Shown: positions 37,176 through 47,616 of the stretch, one piece after another
Layout: each line of letters opens with the position of its first letter
Numbering within the stretch: position 1 is the stretch's first letter
From: Opitutales bacterium
GTDB taxonomy: Bacteria > Verrucomicrobiota > Verrucomicrobiia > Opitutales > PNEW01
Reading direction: 5' to 3'
Length of the DNA: 64,000 nt
Assembly (NCBI GenBank): GCA_965197745.1
Contig: CBDANS010000007.1
Location: forward strand, 1,792,001-1,856,000
Translations under genes and position numbers: made by a program
Notes under the pieces: generated by a model
The model's database searches: none
What the model was told of the DNA's origin: nothing
The model's input: the letters and a program-made list of their open reading frames with translations, nothing else

Positions 37176-37817
37176 TTATCCATCTTCTTGATTAGAGGTC
37201 GGCGGAGCATCCTGCCATTGTATCTCCGGAATGCCACCTTCTGCAGGATATTTAAGCAAAACCTTCTTTTGCCCGGTTAGAATGTAGGGCAACTTTTGTC
37301 CCTCTCGACCATATGATATCTTGAACTTAATTAACCCTTCAATCATTTGTCCCAGCGGAAGTGATTCTAGTTTAATAAAATGGTCATCAAACCATGCATC
37401 AGAACGTGGGGGGATCGTGACCCTATCTAGCTCGTATTTTTTCTTTGGCGGATAACATTCTCCTATCTGGGTTGAAACTTCTTGAATTTTTGAAACAATT
37501 GGAAACGATGCAAAATTGCGGACTTCTATACCTATACCTAGCTCTTTGATAACTTGTCCATTATCTGGTTTTTTAGCAATAACTCTAACTCCTGCAAATG
37601 AGAGCTTGTATTCTGGCGTAATTCGATCTTTCCACTCACTAAATCGCAAGAGTCCAGTAACGGTCAGTGTAAACAGTGCCACCATACCAATGTAGAGGTA
37701 AAACAAGGGAATACCACTTAACCATCCAATCACAGCACCGATCCCTGTAACCACTGTTGGGGTAATCAAACTGCGAACGATTTCCAGCAACGTTTCTTTT
37801 GCAAGAAATTTCCACAT
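37176..37817 (-). CDS. IS passenger: hypothetical protein with two N-terminal TM helices and a beta-rich C-domain
   Basis: 213-aa ORF fully inside the TIRs, convergent with the transposase. Confidence 0.75.
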   Translation of the reverse strand: MWKFLAKETLLEIVRSLITPTVVTGIGAVIGWLSGIPLFYLYIGMVALFTLTVTGLLRFSEWKDRITPEYKLSFAGVRVIAKKPDNGQVIKELGIGIEVRNFASFPIVSKIQEVSTQIGECYPPKKKYELDRVTIPPRSDAWFDDHFIKLESLPLGQMIEGLIKFKISYGREGQKLPYILTGQKKVLLKYPAEGGIPEIQWQDAPPTSNQEDG

Positions 37818-37823
37818 AAGATT

Positions 37824-37852
37824 ATGTTAGATTTTATTACTAAGTATGTCAA
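37824..37852 (-). promoter_or_regulatory. sigma70-type promoter from the right TIR driving the passenger gene (probably leaderless)
   Basis: Minus strand TTGACA-17 nt-TAACAT, then 6 nt to the ATG at 37817. Confidence 0.55.
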
Positions 37853-38162
37853 GGGTATAAACACCTAAATTAATATGAAGACAATTGATTTTTCAGATAT
37901 TCTTCTCAATTATATAGGTCGATGGTCACGGGGCGCCATATTAAATCATCTCAATTTGTATTTTAAGCGATATTAAGCCTCTTATTTCAGTCGTCATCGA
38001 CAGGTCGCTATCACATTATTGACAATAAATTTCCAGAGCACACATAATTGAAATTGTACTGTCTCTTTCACTTAATGCGAGACCAGGGAATTAATTTTAT
38101 ATATTTGTGACCACCGAGTTAACTGGCACTGGGAGATAACACGGAAAAGAAAGATAACTTTT

Positions 38163-38867
38163 TTGAAAAAGAATTTAATTATTTTCACCATCATAATATT
38201 GCTGGTTGCGCTATCCTGGGGGTTGTATATTTATCAGAGTTTAAAGCATGAAGAGCAACTTGCTCGCGAGAGAGAACAATCAGCAGAATGGGAAGGCATG
38301 CTGGAAGAGTTAGCTAATGCAAATGCCGAGCTCGAAAAAAAAGCCCGTATAGAAGCTGAAAATGAAGCTAAAGCCCGCAAAGTTGCTGAAGATGCGCGGC
38401 GAATGTCTGAATTGAAAGCCACTACCGAAGAAAATGAGAGGCAAGAATATATTGAAAATCTTAAACTGCGATTAGCGAAAGAAGTGGAAGAAAGACGTGA
38501 AGCAGAAAAAGCGCTTCAAATACTCAGTGAGAAAATGACCTCACTGGAATATGCTCAAAGCCAGGCTGCGGAAAAACTGGCTGGTTTAAATGAGACAAAA
38601 GCCGGGGTGAATATGGAATTGGGTTCTGATCATTCTTATGATAAGGCGCGGTATGAGTTAAAAGAAAAAGAAATGGAAATCGAACATTTATCCGCTGAAA
38701 AGGAACGATTGGAAAAATTATATCAAGTAACCCTTGAACGCCAAATTGCCACCGAAGAAGAGCTCACTGGTGAAGCCAGTAAATTAAGACTTCCCCACCC
38801 GCTTCGCAATGCCATAAACGCATTTCTATATCTTCTGGGATTAAAAACTGAAGAAGAAGTGGAGTAG
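38163..38867 (+). CDS. Membrane-anchored coiled-coil protein, hypothetical
   Basis: N-terminal TM segment followed by an E/K/A-rich heptad region. Confidence 0.7.
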   Translation: MKKNLIIFTIIILLVALSWGLYIYQSLKHEEQLAREREQSAEWEGMLEELANANAELEKKARIEAENEAKARKVAEDARRMSELKATTEENERQEYIENLKLRLAKEVEERREAEKALQILSEKMTSLEYAQSQAAEKLAGLNETKAGVNMELGSDHSYDKARYELKEKEMEIEHLSAEKERLEKLYQVTLERQIATEEELTGEASKLRLPHPLRNAINAFLYLLGLKTEEEVE

Positions 38868-38871
38868 CCAA

Positions 38872-39621
38872 TCAGGGCCTGCGAGCAACCCAAAATCGGC
38901 ATTCGTCCGAAAACTCTCTGACCTCCGGAGGTTCATTTGCTACGTTCATTCTTAAAATATCAGCCTCCACTTTGTAACCCGTGGCTTTCAGGTCTTCTCT
39001 AATTTCACTACAGGTTGGAACGTGAATAAATAATTCACCCATTGATGTTTTTTCAAACCGATCCCCGTACTCATTTAGATTGGCATTTTGCTTTCCTCGA
39101 CTCCACAGGAGTTTTTCTTTTTTCCAAAATTTTGACCATTGCTTGAGTTCACGATCGTGGGTGGTAAAGACAAAAAAACTGCTGGGTTTCAGGACACGCT
39201 TGATTTCTTTCAACGCCAGGCGTCGATCATAACGATTCGGAATTTGCATTAACCCGTTAAACCCGAAAATGGCTCCATCAAAATCATTAGATTTAAATTT
39301 CAACTCTGTCGCGTTTCCCACCTGAAAAGATATATTATATTCCAGCGTTTTTGCCAGGTGGCGTGCTCTCATTATCATCTCTCTGGAGTAATCAATTCCC
39401 AAAATTTTCTGATATCCCAGTTCATAAAGGCCCATGGCGATCCGGCCGGCTCCACATCCCAGCTCAAGGATTGTCTCTTCACCTTTAAAAACACGGGTGA
39501 ATATTTTTTCCTCTGATATCCAAAGACCAATGTTTATGGCTGCTGAAGCATAATGATCAACGATCTCTGATTTCTGGTAAAAGGATTTGATCTGATTCAT
39601 GTCCATAGCATTTGCCGGCAT
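38872..39621 (-). CDS. Class I SAM-dependent methyltransferase
   Basis: ILELGCGAGR, GIDYS, VGNATEL, RVLKP. Confidence 0.88.
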   Translation of the reverse strand: MPANAMDMNQIKSFYQKSEIVDHYASAAINIGLWISEEKIFTRVFKGEETILELGCGAGRIAMGLYELGYQKILGIDYSREMIMRARHLAKTLEYNISFQVGNATELKFKSNDFDGAIFGFNGLMQIPNRYDRRLALKEIKRVLKPSSFFVFTTHDRELKQWSKFWKKEKLLWSRGKQNANLNEYGDRFEKTSMGELFIHVPTCSEIREDLKATGYKVEADILRMNVANEPPEVREFSDECRFWVARRP

Positions 39622-39687
39622 CAGGTAAAATTAAGATAATAGAACTTGCTTTTCTGGCATGGGACTTTTTAATTAACCGCTTTTGTG

Positions 39688-40002
39688 ATGAAAGCCACGA
39701 TTAAAACGCAAGGGAAACAACTCACAGTAGAGGAAGGTGATATCTTCTTCGTCAATCGCTATAGGGATTCAAAGGCCGGAGATACGATTACTATAGATCA
39801 AGTATTAATGGTTGGGGAAGGCGAAAAGGCGGCATTTGGCTCTCCTTATATAGACGGTGCCACAGTCAAAGCGAAAATACTCGAAAATAAACGCGGGCAG
39901 AAAGTGGTTGTTTTTAAAAAGAAACGCCGTAAAGGTTATCGGCGCAAACGAGGACATCGACAAGAGCTTTCTGTAATCAAAATAGAGTTGATAAAAGCTT
40001 AA
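39688..40002 (+). CDS. rplU: 50S ribosomal protein L21
   Basis: [27 protein letters not shown]. Confidence 0.96.
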   Translation: MKATIKTQGKQLTVEEGDIFFVNRYRDSKAGDTITIDQVLMVGEGEKAAFGSPYIDGATVKAKILENKRGQKVVVFKKKRRKGYRRKRGHRQELSVIKIELIKA

Positions 40003-40017
40003 TTGGGGGAATCTATC

Positions 40018-40269
40018 ATGGCTCATAAAATGGGACAAGGAGCTAGTAGAAACGGTCGCGACAGTAAGGGTAGACGTTTAGGGGTCAAGAAATACGACGG
40101 TGAAATTGTGTCCGCTGGCAATATTCTTATGCGTCAGCGTGGGACTCGATTTCATCCGGGGCGCAACGTGGGTCTGGGCAAGGACTTCACGCTATTTGCT
40201 CTTGTCAACGGTAAAGTCAAATGGAATGCTCAGCAGCACATAGTGTCTGTTGAATCGTTAACGAATTAA
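40018..40269 (+). CDS. rpmA: 50S ribosomal protein L27
   Basis: [32 protein letters not shown] at 40018. Confidence 0.97.
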   Translation: MAHKMGQGASRNGRDSKGRRLGVKKYDGEIVSAGNILMRQRGTRFHPGRNVGLGKDFTLFALVNGKVKWNAQQHIVSVESLTN

Positions 40270-40376
40270 TTTATTTCCGATACATACACTATGTCGTGGT
40301 ATGGGTAAGTCAGGCTGGCTCCATATCCCCAATTTTTTCCCACTCCCGGAAATATATTAACAGTTAGGGTTCCCCT

Positions 40377-40751
40377 TTGAAACTGACTCTTCAAGAGCTT
40401 CTCAATCAGAAAGCGATGCTGGAAAAGCATCTCGCATGGCTGAATTCTAAAATAGAAGCGTTAAAAAGCGAATCAGCAGAGAGGGATGATACAACGGGAT
40501 CAATTGATCCAACCCTGGCCAGCTCTCAATCAGGAAACAGTTTGGCAACAGCACCACCAACACCTGAGCTCAGTGAAGGAACTATAACTGAGTCAGAGAA
40601 CGAGGTAGATGCAATTGCCCAGCATCACGTACCCGCACCGAGCGAGATGTCATCCATGACAAAATTTGGATGTGTAGCCGTTATTATAGGGATCTGCCTC
40701 TTGTTTCTTTTTGGTCTGTTTATCCTGCCCAATTGGTTATATCCCGATTGA
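40377..40751 (+). CDS. Hypothetical protein, N-terminal coiled coil and C-terminal TM
   Basis: 124-aa ORF; hydrophobic C-terminal helix. Confidence 0.6.
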   Translation: MKLTLQELLNQKAMLEKHLAWLNSKIEALKSESAERDDTTGSIDPTLASSQSGNSLATAPPTPELSEGTITESENEVDAIAQHHVPAPSEMSSMTKFGCVAVIIGICLLFLFGLFILPNWLYPD

Positions 40752-40776
40752 TTTTCCATATTACAGCAGCAGCCAA

Positions 40777-41817
40777 CTAAAGATTTATTTTTTCACCCTG
40801 GCTACTCCATGATTTGTATACCGCTTCTGTAAATTTCATATATTTTACGCCAAGCTCAAAGTTGGTTAAAGTTACAGGTGTGCCATTGCGTATACTATCG
40901 ATAAAATCTGATTCAACTTGCCATCCTCTTTTTTTCTCAGGAGATATTTCAATACGGCTCTCTTCAGTACTGCCAGCTTCCGCCTTGTAAAGTGCATTAT
41001 TTGCCAGGTCTAAGCGCAGCGATGACTTTGAACCATTGAGTCTCATTTCTGTACGTGACTGCCCGGACTCAATTCCACTGAAATGGTAAATCATGCGTGC
41101 ACCATTTGCGTAGCGCCCGATGATTGATAGACAGTCAGGAATATTTACAGGGCTCATTATCCCTTTTTCGAGATCCTCGCGTTCAGTTGTAAATACTACA
41201 CCATCTGCAATGATCCATGTGGGTTCATCTTTTATCCATCGATTTACTATTTCATGGTAAATGCCCATGCCCATTATGTTATAGCCACTCAACTCAAAAT
41301 CCTGGCGCCACATAATAGGTGTATCCGATCTCGCAAATTGTCCTCCCGTGTCTGTGACACATACTTCCCGTAAATCACCGATTGCTCCACTTGCGACGAG
41401 ATCTATAATCGTTGTATCAAATTCAAATGACATGGGGCCTGGAACAATTTGCGTTACGAGGTCCGGTTTTGCTTCGGAAGCTGCGAGCATAGACTCCGCT
41501 TCTGCTAAATTTCTCGCCATGCGTGCTTCGGTCAGGACATGCTTGTTTTCTTCTAACGCGGCGATGGTAATTTCCGCATGTAAATAAGGCCAGGTCCCTA
41601 TGCAGATGGCATCTATCTCAGGATCTTTAATGACTTCCTGCCATGTCTCTGCGATTCTCGGAATATTAAATTCACTGGCGGCTTTTTCAGAAGATTCTAT
41701 GCTGCGGTTACAAACCACAGAGCATTCCACGCCATCGATTTGCTTGAAACCTGGCAAATGTCGACTGCGAGTGTTTGCTCCAGCACCTATAATACCAATT
41801 CGTATTTGATTGCTCAT
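40777..41817 (-). CDS. Gfo/Idh/MocA-family oxidoreductase
   Basis: IGIIGAG, IGTWPYLH, KHVLTEARM. Confidence 0.88.
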   Translation of the reverse strand: MSNQIRIGIIGAGANTRSRHLPGFKQIDGVECSVVCNRSIESSEKAASEFNIPRIAETWQEVIKDPEIDAICIGTWPYLHAEITIAALEENKHVLTEARMARNLAEAESMLAASEAKPDLVTQIVPGPMSFEFDTTIIDLVASGAIGDLREVCVTDTGGQFARSDTPIMWRQDFELSGYNIMGMGIYHEIVNRWIKDEPTWIIADGVVFTTEREDLEKGIMSPVNIPDCLSIIGRYANGARMIYHFSGIESGQSRTEMRLNGSKSSLRLDLANNALYKAEAGSTEESRIEISPEKKRGWQVESDFIDSIRNGTPVTLTNFELGVKYMKFTEAVYKSWSSQGEKINL

Positions 41818-41898
41818 GATGAATAAATGAGCAAAACATTTTAAAAAGGCAACCTTATCTCCTGTCCTTCTTTAGGATAATTTTTAAATAATAAATTC

Positions 41899-42570
41899 GT
41901 GTCTTATTCTAATAACCCCAGCAATAAACCTTTACGTTCTCTTTTCCCTTCGAAAGTGATTACGATAGAAAGTAAAATAAAAGATGTAGAAGGAAGTTTA
42001 TACCCTGAGGAAGCAAAGATTATCAAGAACGCAGGTGAAAAGCGTAAACAGGAATTTACCGCTGGGAGGATGTGCGCGCGCCTGGCCCTTGAGGAACTGG
42101 GATTCACGAATTTTCCTCTTCTCATTGGTCATGACCGTAATCCTCTCTGGCCTGAGGGGATTATAGGAAGTATTTCCCATACTGAACTCTATTGTGGTGT
42201 AGCTGTCGCGAAAAAAAAGGATTATCAGTCTATAGGTATTGATATGGAATTAACGGATAGACTGGGTAAACAATTATGGCCTCAGATTTTTACTCCAAGG
42301 GAGCAATCCTGGATTCAAAATAGCCCGGATCATGAGCATGTCAGTTGGGCATCGCTTTTCTTTAGTGCCAAAGAATGTTTCTACAAATATCAGTTCCCAT
42401 TGACGAACCAATGGGTGGGTTTTGAAGACGCTGAAATTAAAGTTGATGTTGAAGAAGGTAAATTCAATTTATTTTTACTCAAAGATATATCTTCTCTTGG
42501 TAATATTGGATCCTCATATGCCGGGTACTATCGATATTACGATGATCATATCATTACCGTAATCTACTAG
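41899..42570 (+). CDS. 4'-phosphopantetheinyl transferase (EntD/Sfp type)
   Basis: KRKQEFTAGRMCAR, PLWPEGIIGSISH, IGIDME, FSAKECFYK. Confidence 0.92.
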   Translation: MSYSNNPSNKPLRSLFPSKVITIESKIKDVEGSLYPEEAKIIKNAGEKRKQEFTAGRMCARLALEELGFTNFPLLIGHDRNPLWPEGIIGSISHTELYCGVAVAKKKDYQSIGIDMELTDRLGKQLWPQIFTPREQSWIQNSPDHEHVSWASLFFSAKECFYKYQFPLTNQWVGFEDAEIKVDVEEGKFNLFLLKDISSLGNIGSSYAGYYRYYDDHIITVIY

Positions 42571-42683
42571 TGCGGGTTTTAATCTTTTCCTATTATCCAA
42601 AAGCAGAACAATTGTTATCCATTATTAAAAAGGCTTCCCTACATAATTAAGGGGCTATAAATAGATTAGACCCTGAATCGGTT

Positions 42684-43676
42684 TCACTCTATTAGGTGTT
42701 TATCTTTAAGCCATTGAAGTGTAGGAACTAGCGTTTCTTTTGCTGATCTAAAGTCCAACCCTAATTCTTGGCGTGCTTTAGAATTATCCATATACCAGTA
42801 AAGTAAGGCATATTCTAATGCTGCCGGATTAATGCCCAAAGGTAACCGAAGCCATTGGCTCAATAAGATTATAAATCGAATGAATATTGCAGGGAGGGTG
42901 ATAACGGGCTTGTTCTGTCCCAGTATTTCCAAGGTTAGTGTGGACAGTTCGTAAAAACTTAAATTATCACCACCAAGGATATAACGTTCACCTGATTTTC
43001 CATGATCATAGGCTGCTAAAATACCTTTTGCCACATCGTCAACATGGATGATGCTTGTCCCCCCCTTTGTCACAAATACCCGCTTACCTTTTGCAAATTC
43101 CACGAGTATTTCAGAAGTAATAAGTCCCGTATCGTCAGGTCCATAAACTTCAGTCGGATTTACAATTATGATCGGTAAGCCATCAGTCGCGTAATTCCGG
43201 CAAACTTTTTCCACTTCTGCTTTTGCGACAGCATAAGAGTACTTTTTCCCTTTTAAATTTAAATGAGCATTTTCATTTTGAATCCGTGGTACTTTTGTCC
43301 CCCCTATCGCCGAGGCACTACTGACATAGACTGTTTTTAAGTTACCCTGCTCCCTCGCCGCATCTAATAATTTACGGGATCCTTCAACAATGACTTCAGG
43401 AATCCGGGGTGAAGCAATATCTGCCCAATTGGATATTGCGGCCAAATGAATAACCCCATCACACCCCTTTATTCCTGCTGAGAGACAAGCTTGATCTCGG
43501 ATATCGCCGATAATGCGCTCAAACTTGAGATGATCAATTCGTTCCGTATTGCTGGACTTCCTTAACAGGCATCTTACTGAAAAACCATCAGCTATGAGCA
43601 GAGGCAATAAGTGAGATCCAATAAACCCATTCCCTCCAGTAACAAATATTTTTTCAGAATTCCTGTCCCTGCTCAC
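42684..43676 (-). CDS. NAD-dependent epimerase/dehydratase (DFR/HpnA-like SDR)
   Basis: VTGGNGFIG, VIHLAA, YAVAK, NPTEVYGP, GERYILGG. Confidence 0.85.
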   Translation of the reverse strand: MSRDRNSEKIFVTGGNGFIGSHLLPLLIADGFSVRCLLRKSSNTERIDHLKFERIIGDIRDQACLSAGIKGCDGVIHLAAISNWADIASPRIPEVIVEGSRKLLDAAREQGNLKTVYVSSASAIGGTKVPRIQNENAHLNLKGKKYSYAVAKAEVEKVCRNYATDGLPIIIVNPTEVYGPDDTGLITSEILVEFAKGKRVFVTKGGTSIIHVDDVAKGILAAYDHGKSGERYILGGDNLSFYELSTLTLEILGQNKPVITLPAIFIRFIILLSQWLRLPLGINPAALEYALLYWYMDNSKARQELGLDFRSAKETLVPTLQWLKDKHLIE

Positions 43677-43864
43677 TGTAGATTATCCACTATCAGGTTT
43701 TGCCAGCTACTGATTTAGGGCAATCCTGAATATAAATTTTAACTCTGTTTTAGAGTCAATCCTGATATCTCAAAGTATCAATTATGAAATAAATGCAGCC
43801 CTGTCTTTACAATGGACAGCACAATCAGGCAAAATTAAAGTAGATGTTCCTTCTCTTCTCGCCC

Positions 43865-45036
43865 TCAGGGCCCACAGGTGGCCTTAAGATAGACGGGGCC
43901 ACAATTAATGATCACGGGCTGACCACCAATTTCTATTTCGAAGAATACAACACCATTAAATTCCATACCTGCTTCAGTGGCTGGATTACATTGAGCGGCC
44001 ATCTGGAAAATAAATTGACTTCCAGGATTTAAAACTTGGGGAAGTTGAGTAAATATTCCCAATTGAAAATGGATACCTGGGTCAATATTTATCACGTTAA
44101 TGGCGGTAAGTTCTATGATGAAACTGCTCGTGTTCGTGAATGTTAATTCAGTCACCTCAAATCCCGTTGTCAGATTTCCATAATCAATAAACTCGGTACT
44201 AATTCCACAGTTAGCGGCCTTTTTACCCGCCTCTCCGGGAGGGCCCTGATCGCCCGTTGGACCAATTGGACCGGTAGGACCTGTTTGGTCCCCTGGGTCC
44301 AGTGATGCCTAATACCCTGTCCTCCTTGAGGGCCTGAGGGGCCTTGTAGACCTTCAGGTCCGGCGTCTCCGGTAACGCCAAGAGGTCCTTGAGGTCCAGG
44401 TAAACCTGTTGGTCCGGGAAAAAATCCAGGAGGACCCTGAATCCCTGTAGGACCGGTGGGACCTTGATTACCTGTGAGACCGCTCGGACCGGAGGGACCA
44501 CTGGCACCGGGCACTCCGGTAGGACCTGTCAGACCGGCTGGACCTGTAGGTCCTTCAGGTCCGGTCGGACCTGTGCCTCCCGATCCTCCACCACCAATGG
44601 ACAGATAAAAAATATCAAAGTAGGGATGGTTTCCCCGGTTATGATCATACTTATGCGAATTTTTTCTATTAACAGTGAGCAGGTAAGTTCCTGGAAAATC
44701 AATAATCACATCGGGCAATGCTGCCAGGAGTTCCTGGATAGGTTGATTTTTTTCTATCTCAGGGTCGGGGTCAAAAGCGAGAACATCAAGCACACAGATA
44801 CCCACCGTAGGAATGAAAAGAGTGACTCTGCCACTAAACTCATTGTCTCCAAAATGCACGCCTGATATGAGAACCGTTTTGTCATCCAAGTTGGGTTCGG
44901 CATCTAATATCCTGAGATGTTTATTCCCTTTGTCTTTTTTATCATCATTACCTCCCCCTTTTGCATGAGACAGCGATGGGGTGGATAGTAATAAAATTGC
45001 GGTTATTAAACTTAACAAGCGGTATTTAGATTTCAT
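43865..45036 (-). CDS. Secreted collagen-like protein D (N-domain + ~35 Gly-X-Y + Cys/Ig-like C-domain); frameshifted
   Basis: Signal peptide ending [19 protein letters not shown] domain, GPT/GPS repeats. About three small indels at ~44220-44310 separate it from ORF 43865-44155 (TFTNTS...CNP...FNGVVFFE...[10 protein letters not shown]). Confidence 0.72.
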
Positions 45037-45084
45037 AGGCGTGCTCATCATCTAGTAGTAATAGGTAAAACTTGTAGTTACGCT

Positions 45085-45112
45085 GTCGTCCGCCCCAAAA
45101 AGGGTGGACGAC
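45085..45112. other. Intergenic hairpin between collagen-like genes C and D
   Basis: gtcgtccgccc-loop-gggtggacgac; arms resemble the hairpin at 46337-46365; no clear U tract. Confidence 0.5.
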
Positions 45113-45136
45113 TAACGCTAATGAAAACTGAATGCA

Positions 45137-46103
45137 TCAATCATCACTGATGCAGATTGCAGTGAGAAATACAGGACCGCAATCAGCAGGACCAAAGTCA
45201 ACTTGGATAAAGACAAGCCCGTTAAATTGCAAACCGTCTTCTGTGAATGGATCACACAAAAAATCTATATCTATATTCAGTGTACCTCCTGCCAAGACCA
45301 AAAACAGGTGGAAACGGAAAGGAAGGCGGCGGTGGCGGTGGACTGCTTAAGGTATAATGGGGGCCCAGTATACCATCTGGACCAAAATTTAATATGGAAA
45401 TATCAGTAACCGTAAAGTCGGCCCCGCTGGTATTTGTTAAAATGATAGTTCCAGTGCCTCCAGCAGTTTCACCGTAATCGACTAACTGTGTATCGACGGT
45501 GCAACCGAATACGGCGTCAGCTCCGGTGGGACCAGTTGGACCGGTGGGACCTGATTCTCCGCCACCTTCACCGCCAGTACCAAAAGCTACATAAAAAATA
45601 TCGAATTTAGGCCGATTCCCGCGGTTATCATCCGTATCTTTCTTATCACTTTTGCCACCATTGTCTCCATCATCATCGTCATCACCATCACCAGAGCCCC
45701 GGTGATCAGATTTCTTTCCAATTACAGTGAGAAGGTATGTGCCCGGAAACTCCTCTATAAAATCAACAGGGATAGTCACAAGAAGCTCTTGTACCGGCTG
45801 ATTTTTTTCAATATCAGGATCGGGATCAAAGGCGATTATATCAAGTGGGCATACCCCTTGTGTGGGAATGTATAACTTTACCTTTCCCTTGAATTGATTG
45901 TTTTTTGAAAAATTAATTCCCGAGATGAGCAGCGTTCCGTCATCCAGATTAGGCTCAGCGCCTAATATTCGCAGGTGCTTTGCATCTTTCTTCTTGCTAT
46001 CTTTATCATCATCCTTCTTGCCGCCACCTTTCGCATTTATCAACAGTGGGTTGCACACAATTAATAACGCCAATAGAAAACCAGAGAGATAATTAATTTT
46101 CAT
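45137..46103 (-). CDS. Secreted protein C (N-domain + short collagen linker + Cys/Ig-like C-domain); one frameshift
   Basis: Signal peptide [26 protein letters not shown]. Removing one base from the A run at ~45300-45304 gives ...FLCDPF...FNGLVFIQ...CGPVFLTAIC, with a stop at 45137. Confidence 0.78.
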
Positions 46104-46329
46104 AAAACTCCTTCAGCATGTACATATAGTAGTATTATAGAATATGATACATGTGTATCATAAATGTCTGTTCTTGTAAATTATATACTAAAATGAAAAC
46201 TAATAAACTCGTCCTCGTTAAAATTGCGTCGCCAGGGACAGGGTGATTCATCTGAGCCAGTCACACCCTTTGCAAAAGGTGAAAAAACGGCTGCCCAGAA
46301 ATCGGGTTAATTGGCAATTGGATAGCCTC

Positions 46330-46365
46330 AAAAAAATCGTCGCCCGCTTTTAAGACGGACGACGA
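46330..46365 (-). terminator. Rho-independent terminator after collagen-like gene B
   Basis: Minus strand TCGTCGTCCG-loop-CGGGCGACGA followed by T7. Confidence 0.7.
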
Positions 46366-46388
46366 CAGGGTTAATATTAAATATTTAA

Positions 46389-47209
46389 TCAATCACCGGG
46401 GAACCCTCCTGGAGGTCCTGGAGGTCCTGTCGGACCCGTTGGTCCAGTCGCACCATCAGCACCTGTTGGTCCAGTGGGCCCTGTTGCACCATCAGCGCCA
46501 GTAGGTCCAGTCGCTCCAGTGAGCCCAGAGGAACCTGTTGCTCCAGTGGCCCCAGTAGGTCCTATAGATCCTGCAGATCCAGTCGCGCCGGTAGGTCCAG
46601 TCGCACCCGTTACCCCCGTCGGTCCGGTCGCACCATCAGCGCCAGTTGGTCCAGCAGGTCCCGTTGATCCAATGTTTGCGTAAATAAAATCAAATTTTGG
46701 CCGATTTCCGCGATTATCGTCATGCTTATCACCATCATCGTCATCGCCATTATCGTCATTATCGTCATCATCACCGCCACCAGATCCTCCTCCTTGACTT
46801 CCACTACGATTACTTACTAGTAGTATATAAGTACCGGGAAACGTTTCAAATAAATCAGCGGGGATTTCTGCCAGAATTTCCTGGATGGGCTGATCTTTAT
46901 CGATGTCTGGTTGGGGATCATAAGCGATAACATCAAGGACGCATATTCCCTGCGTAGGAACGAAAAGTTTTACTGTTCCATTAAATTCATCACCCCGAAA
47001 TTAATCCCGGAAATGAGTAGGGTTCCATCATCGAGGTTGGGTTCAGCAGCGAATATACGGACGAAGTGACTTCCATTATCATTATTACCACCGCCACCAT
47101 CATCATCGTCATCATCACTATTGTTCCCGCCACCTTTAGCATATAAATGCAATGGGTTGCTAAGAATTAATAGCGTAGCAAATAAACCCAACAGATATTT
47201 AATCTTCAT
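46389..47209 (-). CDS. Secreted collagen-like protein B (N-domain + 29 Gly-X-Y triplets, no C-domain); one frameshift
   Basis: Signal peptide LYA-KGGG and an Asp run. One extra G at ~46993-46996 continues [23 protein letters not shown]...FPGTY...NRGNRPKFD, then GPT/GAT/GAD repeats to GGFPGD*. Confidence 0.8.
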
Positions 47210-47616
47210 AATCTCCCCTTTGATTTTGCACAGTAGTAGTTAAGAAACCAGTATCATAATTTTGTTGGATATAAGGGCAATCAACAAATTAGACCAGACC
47301 TTAATAATAAGGAATTCTTATAAAATAATCCTCAAGAAATTAAGGCACTAAATTGTTAATCAAATAAGTGAGTTCATTTAACAAATTATCTAAATATACG
47401 CCTTAAATGTAAAAATCATAAGGGTAGAATAAAACAATGTGAGTCGGCTACAGAAATCCGATAGCGCAACCAATATGCTGTCTATAAATCTATAGCCTGA
47501 GGTGTGCAAGCAGGTCACAATTCCTAGTGTAATTTTATAAGTTACAACAGAAACGATTGCAATGCTCGATATCGACATGCTGCCCCCCCTGTGCCTATTT
47601 AAGATTCCCTTAAACT

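Larger units (their letters stand above)
36223..37865. mobile_element. IS1595-family insertion sequence (1643 bp) carrying a passenger gene
   Basis: 25-bp TIRs at 36223-36247 (cgtgtttatccccttgacatactta) and 37841-37865 (23/25 match); 8-bp direct repeat TAAATTAA at 36215-36222 and 37866-37873. Confidence 0.93.

Noticed and set aside
44220..46680. Short periodic repeats suggesting a CRISPR array or VNTR
   Set aside because: They are 9-nt-period codons for Gly-X-Y collagen triplets inside ORFs; there is no constant repeat/unique spacer pattern and no cas gene
46474..46930. Plus-strand PVAPVGP and His/Arg-rich ORFs
   Set aside because: Antisense shadows of the collagen repeat and Asp-rich linker of gene B
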